From NCBI GenBank assembly GCA_965223505.1, contig CBDCWP010000005.1, positions 1-64,000 on the forward strand: a stretch of DNA of 64,000 nucleotides. Direction: 5' to 3'. Each line of letters begins with the position of its first letter. Within the stretch, counting starts at the first letter, position 1. Under the pieces are notes generated by a model, which saw only the letters and a list, made by a program, of their open reading frames with translations, had not been told where the DNA came from and did no database searches. Positions 8,942 through 18,487 of this stretch are shown piece by piece. Position numbers and translations under genes: made by a program. Source of the DNA: Planctomycetota bacterium. GTDB lineage: Bacteria > Planctomycetota > PLA2 > JAEUHO01.

Positions 8942-10741
8942 CTACCCGATCACGGTCGTCCCCTCTTCCCGTTCCCCGGTCTGCACGCGCCACAGCGCGG
9001 CATAGACGCCGTCCTTCGCCACCAGCTCGTCGTGATGCCCCTGCTCCGACAACCGCCCGCGATCGAGGACGTAGATGCGGTCCGCGTTCCGCACCGTCGA
9101 GAGCCGGTGCGCGATCACGATCGTCGTCCGCCCCACCGCGATGCGCTCCAGCGAACGCTGGATCGCCGCCTCCGTCTCGTTGTCCACCGACGACGTCGCC
9201 TCGTCGAGCACCAGGATCGGCGGGTCCTTCAAGATCGCGCGGGCGATCGAAAGTCGCTGGCGCTGGCCGCCCGACAGCTTCTGTCCCCGCTCGCCCACGA
9301 TCGTGTCGTAGCCCTCGGGGAGCTCCTGGATGAACCCGTGCGCCTCGGCCGTCTTCGCCGCCTCCACGATCTCGTCCATCGTCGCATCGAGCCGCCCGTA
9401 CGCGATGTTCTCGCGCACGCTGCCGTGGAACAGGAACACATCCTGGCTCACGAGCCCGATGGCGTCGCGCAGGCTCCGCAGCTTCAGCTCGTGCAAGTCG
9501 ATCCCGTCCAAGAGCAGTCGGCCGCCCGTCACGTCGTAGAAGCGCAGCAGGAGCTTCACGAGTGTGGTCTTGCCGGACCCGGTCGGACCGACCACCGCCG
9601 TCGTCTCGCCGGCCTTCATGCGCATCGTCAGGTCGCGCACGATCGGGTAGCCCTCACGGTAGTGGAACTCCGTGTTCTCGAAGACGATCTCGCCCTCGAC
9701 GTCCTCCGTCTTCAGCGTGCGCGGGCCGTCGAGCACGCGCGCCTCGGTGTCGAGCAGATCGAAGACCCGGTTGGACGACGCCATCCCCCGCTGGTAGAGG
9801 TCGAACGTCTCGCCGAGCCGCGTCAACGGCCACAACAGCCGCTGCGTCAAGAACGCCATCAGCGCGTAGACCGAGGCGTCGAGCTTGTCGTCGAGCACAC
9901 GCACGCCGCCGTAGATCAGCGTCGCCGTGAAACCGACGACGATCACCATCCGGATCAATGGAGAGAACGCGGCACTGAGCCGGATCGCCGAACGGTTCTT
10001 CAGCCGAAACGTGTTGCTCTCCTCACGCACGCGCTCGACTTCGTGCAGCTCGTTCGTGAAGCTCTTGATTGTCGCCACGCCGCCGAGGTTGTTCGCAAGC
10101 TGGCCGCTGAGGATGCCGACGTGCTCGCGCACGGCGGCGTAGCGCGGAGCGATCCTGCGCTGAAACGTGAACGAACCCCAGAGGATGAACGGAATCGGAA
10201 GCATCGCCAGCCAAGCGACCTCGGGCGCGAACCAGAAGAACGCGGAGCTGATGACGACGACGGTCGTCGCGACGTGCAGCAGGTCCGTCGCGCCGTGGTC
10301 GAGGAAGCGCTCGAGCTGGTTGACGTCGTCGTTGAGGATCGCCATGAGGCCGCCCGTGCTCTGGTCCTCGAAGTAGGCCATCTCCAGTCCCTGGACGTGC
10401 TCGTACGCATCGAGCCTCAGCTCGTGCTCGACGGTCTGCGCGAGGTTGCGCCAGAGCACGCCGTACGCGAACTGGAAGAGCGACTCGAGTCCCCAGATCA
10501 GCAGCGTGAGGATCGCGAGGATCCAGAGCTGGCCCTTGGGGTCGGCCACGCCGAACCCCGAGAGGAACGACGCCTCCTTCTCGATCACCACGTCGATGCC
10601 CATGGCGATCAGGAACGGGGGTGCGAGATCGAAGATCTTGTTGAGCACCGTGCACGCCGACGCCGCCCAGACGCGACCGCGGTGCGGACGCATGTAGCGC
10701 AGCAGGCGGCGCAGCGGGTGGACGAGCTTCGCATCGGGCAT
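8942..10741 (-). CDS. ABC exporter, fused permease/ATPase (MsbA-like)
   Basis: TM domain, Walker A GPTGSGKT, signature LSGGQRQR, Walker [10 protein letters not shown]. Confidence 0.92.
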   Translation of the reverse strand: MPDAKLVHPLRRLLRYMRPHRGRVWAASACTVLNKIFDLAPPFLIAMGIDVVIEKEASFLSGFGVADPKGQLWILAILTLLIWGLESLFQFAYGVLWRNLAQTVEHELRLDAYEHVQGLEMAYFEDQSTGGLMAILNDDVNQLERFLDHGATDLLHVATTVVVISSAFFWFAPEVAWLAMLPIPFILWGSFTFQRRIAPRYAAVREHVGILSGQLANNLGGVATIKSFTNELHEVERVREESNTFRLKNRSAIRLSAAFSPLIRMVIVVGFTATLIYGGVRVLDDKLDASVYALMAFLTQRLLWPLTRLGETFDLYQRGMASSNRVFDLLDTEARVLDGPRTLKTEDVEGEIVFENTEFHYREGYPIVRDLTMRMKAGETTAVVGPTGSGKTTLVKLLLRFYDVTGGRLLLDGIDLHELKLRSLRDAIGLVSQDVFLFHGSVRENIAYGRLDATMDEIVEAAKTAEAHGFIQELPEGYDTIVGERGQKLSGGQRQRLSIARAILKDPPILVLDEATSSVDNETEAAIQRSLERIAVGRTTIVIAHRLSTVRNADRIYVLDRGRLSEQGHHDELVAKDGVYAALWRVQTGEREEGTTVIG

Positions 10742-10779
10742 GGGGGCACCTCGCCGAAGCGCAGAGCCTACTGCCCGAA

Positions 10780-11703
10780 TCAGCGCGCGTGCTCAACGGG
10801 CAGGGACAACTCCTGCATCAGCGCGCAGAACGCCCGTCCGGCGGGGCTGACGCTCGAGCCCTCGCGCGTGACGAGGAAGAAGTTGCGCGACGCGCGTCCG
10901 CCTTGCACGGGGATCGCGATCAACGATCCCGCGGCGAGCTCGTCCTCGATCGACAGGTTCGAAACGAACGAGATGCCGAGCCCGGACCGCACGGCCGCCT
11001 TGACCGCGGTCGTGCTGCCGACCTCGCAGACGACGTCGAGGTCGGCCGGGCTCGGATCGCCGAGCAGGCGCATCATCGCGCGGCGCGTGCCCGACCCCTC
11101 TTCGCGCAGCACCATCGGATGGGCCATGACGGTCGCCGGCTCGACCCGCGCCTCGCAGGCCAGCGCGTGGTCGGGCGGCGCGATGAGCACGAGCTCGTCG
11201 CCGCCGACCGCGATGGTCTCCAGTCCGCGACCGCGCGGGCGGATTCCGACCACGCCGACGTCGATCTCGCCGTTGCGAACGAAGTCGACGATCTCCTGGG
11301 AGTCGCCCGTCCGCATGTGCAATTCGATGCCTTCGTAGCGCTCGCGGAACGCGGCGAGCACGGGCGGAATCACGTAGTTCGCCGGGATGGTCGAGCCGCC
11401 GAGCATCAACGCGCCGCGCAGAAGGCCCATGAGGTCGTCGACCGCCATGCGCACGTTGCGCTCGGCCCGCAGCGCGTCCCTCGCCGAGCGAAGGATGGCA
11501 CTGCCCGCCGCGGTCGGCTCCACGCCGGTGCGGTCGCGCCCGACCAGCCGGGATCCCACACGCCGCTCGAGGTCGGCGATGTGACCGCTCACCGTGGACT
11601 GACTCAAACCGAGGTTCTTCGCCGCCTTGGTGAACGATCCCTGATCGATCAGGGCGACGAACACCTGCAACTGGCGGATCGACAGCGGCTCCGACGTGGA
11701 CAT
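10780..11703 (-). CDS. LysR-family regulator (CysL-like; possibly selenium-metabolism associated)
   Basis: [34 protein letters not shown] and REEGSGTR motifs; divergent from the transporter operon. Confidence 0.9.
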   Translation of the reverse strand: MSTSEPLSIRQLQVFVALIDQGSFTKAAKNLGLSQSTVSGHIADLERRVGSRLVGRDRTGVEPTAAGSAILRSARDALRAERNVRMAVDDLMGLLRGALMLGGSTIPANYVIPPVLAAFRERYEGIELHMRTGDSQEIVDFVRNGEIDVGVVGIRPRGRGLETIAVGGDELVLIAPPDHALACEARVEPATVMAHPMVLREEGSGTRRAMMRLLGDPSPADLDVVCEVGSTTAVKAAVRSGLGISFVSNLSIEDELAAGSLIAIPVQGGRASRNFFLVTREGSSVSPAGRAFCALMQELSLPVEHAR

Positions 11704-11768
11704 GGGACCTCCGGGACTGCGAATCCGCTACACACCCGCTGCGCGGCCGACTACTATTCGCTGCTCTT

Positions 11769-11796
11769 CCGATGGAGTCTATCGGAAAAGTCGATA
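11769..11796. promoter_or_regulatory. Putative LysR binding site (T-N11-A dyad)
   Basis: TATCG-N7-CGATA at 11780-11796, overlapped by CCGAT-N7-ATCGG at 11769-11785, in the divergent intergenic region. Confidence 0.6.
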
Positions 11797-11825
11797 AAAG
11801 TCCCCCATGGAACGGAGTTTTCCCG

Positions 11826-12743
11826 ATGCGAGTCTTCTGCGCCCTCGCGCTCGTTTCCCTGCTCGCCGCGTGTGGCGGCGATGACCAGAACGGCGGCACC
11901 AGCGCCGCGGACGGCGACAAGCCGACGCTTCGGTTCACCGCCATCCCCGGCGAGGACCCGACGTTGATGAAGGAGAAGTTCCAGCCGGTGGCGGACCACC
12001 TCTCGAAGGAGCTCGGCGTCCCCGTCGAGTACGTCCACGCGACGAAGTACGCCGCGTCGGTCGAGATGTTCAAGAACGGCGACGTCCTGCTTGCCTGGTT
12101 CGGGGGACTGACGGGCGTTCAAGCACGCGACGCCGTGAAAGGCGCGCGGGCCATCGTGCAGGGCGTCGAGGACCCGAAGTACTTCTCGTACTTCGTCGCG
12201 AACGCGTCCACCGGGTTGGAGCGAAGCGACGACTTTCCGATGGAGATCGCCAAGATGTCGTTCACGTTCGGCTCCGAGTCGTCGACATCCGGCCGGCTCA
12301 TGCCCGAGCACTTCATCCGGACGATGGGCGGCAAGGCGCCGAAGGACTTCTTCGAGACGCCGCCCGTGTACTCCGGCGGGCACGACAAGACGTGCGAGGA
12401 CGTCGAGAACGGTACCGTGCAGGTCGGCGCCGTCAGCTACACGACGTACGACCGGCGCGTGCGCGACTTCAAGGCGGGCAAGAAGCAGCGCGTCACGGAT
12501 CCGTCCAAGTGCAAGGTCGTCTGGAAGACGCCTTACTACGCGGACTACAACCTCACGGCGCACCCTGATCTCGATCGGATCTACGGCGCCGGCTTCACCG
12601 ACAAGGTGCAGGCCGCGTTCGTCGCGATGAAGGGCGACCTGCTCGGCGGGTTCCAGCGCAGCGCGCTCATTCCCGCGAAAAACGAGGACTTCGCCGCGAT
12701 CGAAGAGCTGGCGGCGCAGCTGGGGTTCATCCGCCAGCCGTGA
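11826..12743 (+). CDS. PhnD-like substrate-binding lipoprotein, putative selenate ABC transporter type
   Basis: Lipobox LLAAC; FTAIP, LAWFGGLTGVQAR, FTFGSESSTSGRLMPE motifs, as recalled for the TIGR04553-type family. Confidence 0.8.
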   Translation: MRVFCALALVSLLAACGGDDQNGGTSAADGDKPTLRFTAIPGEDPTLMKEKFQPVADHLSKELGVPVEYVHATKYAASVEMFKNGDVLLAWFGGLTGVQARDAVKGARAIVQGVEDPKYFSYFVANASTGLERSDDFPMEIAKMSFTFGSESSTSGRLMPEHFIRTMGGKAPKDFFETPPVYSGGHDKTCEDVENGTVQVGAVSYTTYDRRVRDFKAGKKQRVTDPSKCKVVWKTPYYADYNLTAHPDLDRIYGAGFTDKVQAAFVAMKGDLLGGFQRSALIPAKNEDFAAIEELAAQLGFIRQP

Positions 12744-13525
12744 ACGCCACGAGCGCCGGTTTCCGACTGGACGGGGTCACGGTCTCGTACCGGGGCGTGC
12801 CGGCGCTGTCGAACGTCGACCTTGAGATCCAGGCCGGATCCGCGGTCGCCTTCGTGGGACCCAGCGGCGCCGGGAAGACCACGCTCAAGCGCGTTCTGAA
12901 CGGCACGTTGCGGCCCGACTCCGGCCGGGTGTGGGTGAACGGCAGCGCGCTCGACGACCTCTCGCCCGCCGCACTCAAGCGCGTGCGGGCGTCGATCGGC
13001 GTCATCCATCAGGACTTCAGCCTCGTGCCGAACCTGCGCGTGTCGCAGAACGTGATCGCCGGCCGGTTGGGTCGTATGGGCTTCTTCCGGTCCGCGCGCG
13101 CGATGCTGTTCCCGTCGAAGGCCGACGTGCAACGCGCCTACGCGCTGCTCGAGCGGGTCGGGATCGCGGAGAAGCTCTTCGAGCGCACGGATCGACTCTC
13201 GGGCGGGCAGCAACAGCGCGTCGCCATCGCGCGCGCGCTGTATCAGGATCCGGTCGCGCTCCTGGCCGACGAACCGGTGTCGAGCGTGGACCCGGCGCGG
13301 GCGCGCGACACGGTCGCGCTGCTCACGCGCATCTCGCGCGAGGAGAACCTCACGCTGTGCATGAGCCTGCACAACCTCGAGCTGGCGCGCGAATTCTTCC
13401 CGCGTCTCGTGGGCTTGCGGGCGGGCCGCGTGGTGTTCGACGAGCCGAGCGAGAACCTGAGCAGCACCGAGTGGGACGCGCTCTACGACCTCGCCCGCGA
13501 CGAGATGTTGGCGGATGGCGCCTGA
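12740..13525 (+). CDS. PhnC-like ABC ATPase
   Basis: GPSGAGKT, LSGGQQQRVAIARAL, LADEPVSSVDP; GTGA overlap with the upstream gene. Confidence 0.9.
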   Translation: MNATSAGFRLDGVTVSYRGVPALSNVDLEIQAGSAVAFVGPSGAGKTTLKRVLNGTLRPDSGRVWVNGSALDDLSPAALKRVRASIGVIHQDFSLVPNLRVSQNVIAGRLGRMGFFRSARAMLFPSKADVQRAYALLERVGIAEKLFERTDRLSGGQQQRVAIARALYQDPVALLADEPVSSVDPARARDTVALLTRISREENLTLCMSLHNLELAREFFPRLVGLRAGRVVFDEPSENLSSTEWDALYDLARDEMLADGA

Positions 13526-14408
13526 CGAAGCGCCGCCCACGAGGCGACCGTCGCCGCTGGGCGTGCGCGGCGGGGTGCTCCTCAGCCTGCTCTTCGCGGG
13601 GCTGTGGGCCTTCTTCCATCTCGACCTGAGCCCGGCGGACCTGTGGCCCAATGAAGGCGGCCTCCAGGTCATGGGCGACTTCTTCGGCCGTGCGTTCTCG
13701 CCGGCACTGCGCTCGGAGGCGACCTTCGTGCCCGAGGGAACGCCGTCGCTCCTGGTGCTGGCGCTCTCGGCGGCGCTCACGACGCTCGTATACGCGGCGG
13801 CCGCGATGGGGCTCTCCCTCGTCGTCGGCGTCGTGCTCGGGTTCTTCGCCTCGACGGCGTGGTGGGCCGGCGACCCCGCCGGCGGACGCTCCCGCCTCAA
13901 GACCGTGCTGCGCCGGACGGTGTGGCCGGCGATCTACGGCGTGACCCGCGTGTTGATCGCGATCATGCGCTCCGTGCACGAGCTGATCTGGGCGGTGCTG
14001 TTCCTCGCAGCGTTCGGACTGACGCCGGTCTCGGCCGTCGTCGCGATCGCAATCCCCTACGGCGGAACGCTCGCGAAGATCTTCTCCGAGATGATCGACG
14101 AGGCGCCGCGCGCGCCCGCCCAGGCCTTGCGCGCCGCGGGGGCGTCGGGGCTGCAGCTCTTCTTCTTCGGACTCGCGCCGCGCGCGCTGCCGGACATGAT
14201 CGCGTACGCGTTCTATCGCTTCGAGTGCGCGCTGCGCTCGTCCGCGATCCTCGGATTCTTCGGATACGAGACGCTCGGCCGCGAGATCCGCCAGTCCTTC
14301 GAGAGCACGAGCTACGGCGAGGTGTGGACGTTCCTCTACGTGCTGATCCTGATGATCGTCGTGTTCGACTGGTGGAGCGGCGCGGTCCGGCGGAGGGTCG
14401 TGCAATGA
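13515..14408 (+). CDS. PhnE-like ABC permease
   Basis: MRSVHELIWA, LAKIFSEMIDE, YRFECALRSSAILG. Confidence 0.88.
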   Translation: MAPDEAPPTRRPSPLGVRGGVLLSLLFAGLWAFFHLDLSPADLWPNEGGLQVMGDFFGRAFSPALRSEATFVPEGTPSLLVLALSAALTTLVYAAAAMGLSLVVGVVLGFFASTAWWAGDPAGGRSRLKTVLRRTVWPAIYGVTRVLIAIMRSVHELIWAVLFLAAFGLTPVSAVVAIAIPYGGTLAKIFSEMIDEAPRAPAQALRAAGASGLQLFFFGLAPRALPDMIAYAFYRFECALRSSAILGFFGYETLGREIRQSFESTSYGEVWTFLYVLILMIVVFDWWSGAVRRRVVQ

Positions 14409-15322
14409 GCGCCGACCCGGGCCGCATCGATTCGCTCTGGCGCGAGCGTCCGCGCAGCCTCTTCGTGCGGATCAGCTTGTGGCTGTTCCTCCTGCTGCTC
14501 GCGGGATCGTGGTTCGTCGGCGACTTTCAGCTCGACGACGCGTTCTCGGACCGGCGCATGCGCAACCTGGACCGGTTTCTCGGCGAGGTGCGCCCCTACG
14601 CGCTCAAGGACCGCGACTGGGACTGGAGCGTGGTCGGCACGTGGGCCGGGGACCTGATGTCGGAGAAGGGCTTCGACGCGGCGATGGCGACACTGGCGAT
14701 CTCGGTGCTCGCGATCGTGCTGGCGGCGCTGGGGAGCCTCGTGCTGATCCTGCCGTCGGCGCGCAACTTCGCGTCACCGGAGCCGTTCGCGCCGGGGCCG
14801 CAGGCGCCGTCGCGCTGGCAGACGGCCTTCTGGAAGGCGGTCATGCTGGGTACGCGCCTGGTGTTGATCTTGCTGCGCTCGCTGCCGGAGTACATCTGGG
14901 CGTTCTTGATCCTGGCGATGGTGGGTCACAACGCGTGGCCGGCGGTCCTGGCGCTGGCGATCCACAACGTCGGCATCCTGGGGCGTCTCAACGCGGAGAC
15001 GGTGGAGAACGTGGAAGCGAAGCCGCTGCGGGCGCTGCGCGCCCTGGGAGCGAACCGCGGCCAGATCGCGTCGGTCGGATTGCTGCCGGCGATCCTGCCG
15101 CGCTTCCTGCTGTACTTCTTCTATCGCTGGGAGACCTGCGTGCGCGAGGCGACGGTGCTGGGGATGCTGGGCATCGTGTCGCTGGGGTATTGGATCGAGG
15201 ACGCGCGGGTGCGGTTCCGCTACGACGACTTGATGTTCTTCGTGTTGTTGGGCGTGGCGATCGTGTTGATCGGCGACTTCCTGTCGGCGATCGCACGCCG
15301 CTTGGTACGCCGGGCGTCGTAG
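14405..15322 (+). CDS. PhnE-like ABC permease 2
   Basis: ATGA overlap; RSLPEYIWA, YRWETCVREATVLG. Confidence 0.88.
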   Translation: MSADPGRIDSLWRERPRSLFVRISLWLFLLLLAGSWFVGDFQLDDAFSDRRMRNLDRFLGEVRPYALKDRDWDWSVVGTWAGDLMSEKGFDAAMATLAISVLAIVLAALGSLVLILPSARNFASPEPFAPGPQAPSRWQTAFWKAVMLGTRLVLILLRSLPEYIWAFLILAMVGHNAWPAVLALAIHNVGILGRLNAETVENVEAKPLRALRALGANRGQIASVGLLPAILPRFLLYFFYRWETCVREATVLGMLGIVSLGYWIEDARVRFRYDDLMFFVLLGVAIVLIGDFLSAIARRLVRRAS

Positions 15323-15629
15323 CGTTCGAACCTGCAATCCGCTGTCGGCGAAACGACGACGCGTCGCGGGCTCGGGGTCGTTCGCCGCTGTTCGCGGTTC
15401 TCGACAGGCGCGGTTGCGTAGGGTGCCTGGCTCGATTGTTGCGTTTTCGGGGCCTGTGGGTGCGAGGGGGTGGCTGAGCCGGCGGTCGGTGTCGTGGGGT
15501 TTCGAAAACGAGACAATCGCTAGCCTGGCACCGTATCCGGCGTAACCGGAGTGGGGTCGTTCGCCGGCCGGGTACGGCCACACGGGCCGCCCCACGGCAA
15601 CCATGTTGGTCGATTGCCGCTGTAGTTCG

Positions 15630-15655
15630 CGGGCGGGGTCAAGCCCCGCCCCTAC
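15630..15655 (-). repeat. GTAG-type REP-like palindrome
   Basis: Reverse complement is GTAGGGGCGGGGCTTGACCCCGCCCG; a GTGG variant lies at ~15570-15595. Confidence 0.7.
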
Positions 15656-15710
15656 AGACCCGTGGCCGCTCGATGAACTCATCGTGACCGTCGGGCGCCA
15701 CCGTGATGCG

Positions 15711-16163
15711 ATGCTTCGCGACACATGTCTGGTTCTTGCGTTCTCGCTCGTCGGTTGTGGCATGAGCGACAGCACTCCAATCGGATGCGCAACGCCGGGC
15801 GCCCTGGTCACACGTGTATACGACATCGACTCATTGACACCGACTCCGCTCAGTTTCGAGGAGCGAAACAGCGCTGTGCCATATTCGGAGGTGTCAGACG
15901 ACGACAACCCGTTCTTCGTGGCCGAGGACGACGACGACCCCTTTCCGTACTATGGTCAGATCGAAGAGGTCGTTGAGTTCGTTCGACAGAACGTCTGTCC
16001 TGAATACTGGAAGGCCAACGGAGAAGTCGTTGGCAAAGGCCATGACGAACTCGTCGTCACGGCATCGCCTGGCGTGCAGTGGGAAGTGAAACGCCTTGTC
16101 GATGGGATGCTCCGTCACAACGCAGAGTGCGAGCGCCGGCGAATCGCCAGGTACGGTCGCTAG
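15711..16163 (+). CDS. Small lipoprotein with a secretin N-domain (NolW-like) segment
   Basis: Lipobox LVGC; TRVYDIDSL...FVRQNVCPEYW...LVVTASPGVQWEVKRLV pattern. Confidence 0.55.
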   Translation: MLRDTCLVLAFSLVGCGMSDSTPIGCATPGALVTRVYDIDSLTPTPLSFEERNSAVPYSEVSDDDNPFFVAEDDDDPFPYYGQIEEVVEFVRQNVCPEYWKANGEVVGKGHDELVVTASPGVQWEVKRLVDGMLRHNAECERRRIARYGR

Positions 16164-16858
16164 AGTCGGTCCAAGATCACCTTCTTCATCAGCCGCCCCA
16201 TCGTGTTCGGCATCAACCGCCCCAGTCGCGCCGCGACGCGGTTGCCGAAGCCGGGCACGACGACGCGCTTGCGGCGGCGCACCGCCCGCTCGACATGCCG
16301 CGCGACGACGGCCGGATCCATCCGCTTGGCTTCGCTGCTGCCGGCCGGGCTGTAGCGCTTCGCGTGCTCCGTTCGGGTCGGCCCGGGGAACACGCGCACG
16401 ACGTGAATGCGCTGCGGCTTCAATGCCGACGCCAAGCTGCGCGCGTACGACGCCAACCCGTCCTTCGTCGCCGCGTACACGCTCGCCCCCGGATAGCCGA
16501 CGTAATGCGACAAGGAGCTCACGAAGACCAGACAGCCGCCGTCCTCGACGCGGCCCGTCTCGAGCAACCTGGCGGTCAGCACCATCGGCGCCGCAAGGTT
16601 GACCTCGAGCACGCGTGCCTGCGCGGCGAGGTCGGACGCGTCGAAACGGCCCACGTGGCTGATGCCCGCGTTGTGGATCACCAGATCGAACGGCGGCGCT
16701 TCCGCGAGCCGCTTCGCGAGCGCATCCACCGCGGCGCGGTCCGACAGGTCGCCGTCCTCGATGTCCACGCCGGTGACGTCGTAGCGGGCGTCCGCGAACC
16801 GCTCGGCGAGCGCCTCTCCGATCCCTTCCGCCGCGCCGGTGATCAACGCCCGCTTCAT
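16160..16858 (-). CDS. Short-chain dehydrogenase/reductase
   Basis: TGAAEGIG, HNAG, YAATK. Confidence 0.88.
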   Translation of the reverse strand: MKRALITGAAEGIGEALAERFADARYDVTGVDIEDGDLSDRAAVDALAKRLAEAPPFDLVIHNAGISHVGRFDASDLAAQARVLEVNLAAPMVLTARLLETGRVEDGGCLVFVSSLSHYVGYPGASVYAATKDGLASYARSLASALKPQRIHVVRVFPGPTRTEHAKRYSPAGSSEAKRMDPAVVARHVERAVRRRKRVVVPGFGNRVAARLGRLMPNTMGRLMKKVILDRL

Positions 16859-17571
16859 CGACCGCATCTCCCGACGAAGCCGATGAGCGCGTTGCCGACG
16901 CCGATGGTGCGCTGCCGGGCGCGGCCGTCGATGGCCCGACGAACCCGCCGTGCAACCCGCTCGACCGGCGGGAACCGGTCCCAGCGCACCTCGTCCCGCG
17001 GGATCTTCGCCTTGGCATGCATGCCCGTTCGCGTCGCACCGGGGTGCAGGACCTGCACGTCGACCGATCCGCGCAGCTCGATCGCGAGGCTGCGGGCGAA
17101 CCCGTCGAGCGCGGCCTTCGAGGCGGCGTACGCGGCGTACTGCGGACAGGCGAACCACGCCGCGACCGAGCTCACGAACACGAGCTTGCCGTGGGCGGCC
17201 TCGACCCGCGGCAGCAGCGCGTGGGTCAGCGCGATCGGTGCGCGCAGGTTCACGTCGAGCAGCGCGCGCGCCGCCGACGACGACTCACGTGCCGGCTCGC
17301 CGTACAACGCGACGGCGGCGTTGTGGACGAGCACGTCGATGCGCTCGATCCCGCGCGCCGCGACGAAGTCCCGCACGGTCTCGTGGGCGTTCGGCGCGGC
17401 GAGGTCCGCGCGGCAGTACGTCTCCTCGGTCAACACGCGCGAGCGCACGTCGTCGAGCGGCCTGCGGCCGACGAGTACGAGACGCGCGCCGTCGTCGTGG
17501 TAGCTCGCCGCGAGCGCCTTTCCGATGCCGTCCGTCGCACCGGTGACGAGGATGGTTCGCGGCGCGGTCAC
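16855..17571 (-). CDS. Short-chain dehydrogenase/reductase
   Basis: TGATDGIG, HNAA, YAASK; ATGA coupling to the downstream SDR. Confidence 0.88.
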   Translation of the reverse strand: MTAPRTILVTGATDGIGKALAASYHDDGARLVLVGRRPLDDVRSRVLTEETYCRADLAAPNAHETVRDFVAARGIERIDVLVHNAAVALYGEPARESSSAARALLDVNLRAPIALTHALLPRVEAAHGKLVFVSSVAAWFACPQYAAYAASKAALDGFARSLAIELRGSVDVQVLHPGATRTGMHAKAKIPRDEVRWDRFPPVERVARRVRRAIDGRARQRTIGVGNALIGFVGRCGR

Positions 17572-17592
17572 GGCGCAGAGTATGCTTCCGCC

Positions 17593-18480
17593 GTGTCGAA
17601 AGTCGATCAGTTCGAGAGCGTATTCAAGGCGGCTGCGAAGACCCCGTTCGCCTACGAGCACGTCGAGGTCAAGTCCGTTCTCGTGCTCACGGACCTCGAG
17701 GGCAAGGAAGCCGACGCGTTCAACGAGCGGGTGCGCGCCTTCCTCGGCACGCTCGATCAGGACGCTGTGGTCGAGTGGAAGCATCTGGGACGGGACGCAT
17801 CCGGCGGCATCGACGACGTCCTCGCGCGCATCGCCGACGAGTCGCCCGATCTGATTTGCACGTACCGCAGCCTGCACAGCCAGGCGTGGCGCTGGTCGTA
17901 CACGCTCGGCAAGTACGTGGACATCCTCGCGCAGGAGACGTCCGTGCCGGTGCTGTTGCTGCCGAACCCGACCGCCGAGCGGGAGGCTCCGGAGATCTTC
18001 CGTCACGGGAAGCCGGTCTACGGCGACAGCGGGACCAAGACGGTCATGGCGATGACGGACCACCTGGCCGGCGATCACCACCTCGTGAGCTGGGCCGTTC
18101 GTTTCACGCAAGCGGCCGGCACGTTGGTGCTGACGCACGTCGAGGACGGCCGGACGTTCGAGCGCTACATGGACGCCATCTCGAAGATCCCGGCGATCGA
18201 CACCGACGACGCGCGCGAAGCGATCCTCAAACAACTCCTCAAGGAGCCGCACGACTACATCCGGTCCTGCGCGCAGGCGCTGACGAGCGTTCGAGACGAC
18301 ATCGCGGTGGCGGAAGTCGTCGCCGTCGGGCACCTGCTCGACGAGTACCGGCGCCTCATCGAGGAACACGACGTCGACCTGCTCGTGCTCAACACCAAGG
18401 ACAAGGACCAGCTGGCCATGCACGGTCTGGCGTACCCGCTCGTCGTCGAGCTACGCCACATTCCCTCCCTGTTGCTCTAG
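17593..18480 (+). CDS. Universal-stress-protein-like tandem-domain protein
   Basis: LVLTHVED, DVDLLVL, ETSVPVLLLP motifs; 7 bp upstream of the permease. Confidence 0.6.
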   Translation: MSKVDQFESVFKAAAKTPFAYEHVEVKSVLVLTDLEGKEADAFNERVRAFLGTLDQDAVVEWKHLGRDASGGIDDVLARIADESPDLICTYRSLHSQAWRWSYTLGKYVDILAQETSVPVLLLPNPTAEREAPEIFRHGKPVYGDSGTKTVMAMTDHLAGDHHLVSWAVRFTQAAGTLVLTHVEDGRTFERYMDAISKIPAIDTDDAREAILKQLLKEPHDYIRSCAQALTSVRDDIAVAEVVAVGHLLDEYRRLIEEHDVDLLVLNTKDKDQLAMHGLAYPLVVELRHIPSLLL

Positions 18481-18487
18481 GAGCGCC

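Noticed and set aside
11826..15322. Phosphonate utilisation (phn) operon
   Set aside because: No C-P lyase or ptxD genes adjacent; binding-protein motifs fit the putative selenate subfamily better, so phn symbols were not assigned
15323..15570. Possible ncRNA or MITE in the intergenic region (GGGGTCGTTCGCCG occurs twice)
   Set aside because: No convincing terminal inverted repeats or recognisable RNA family
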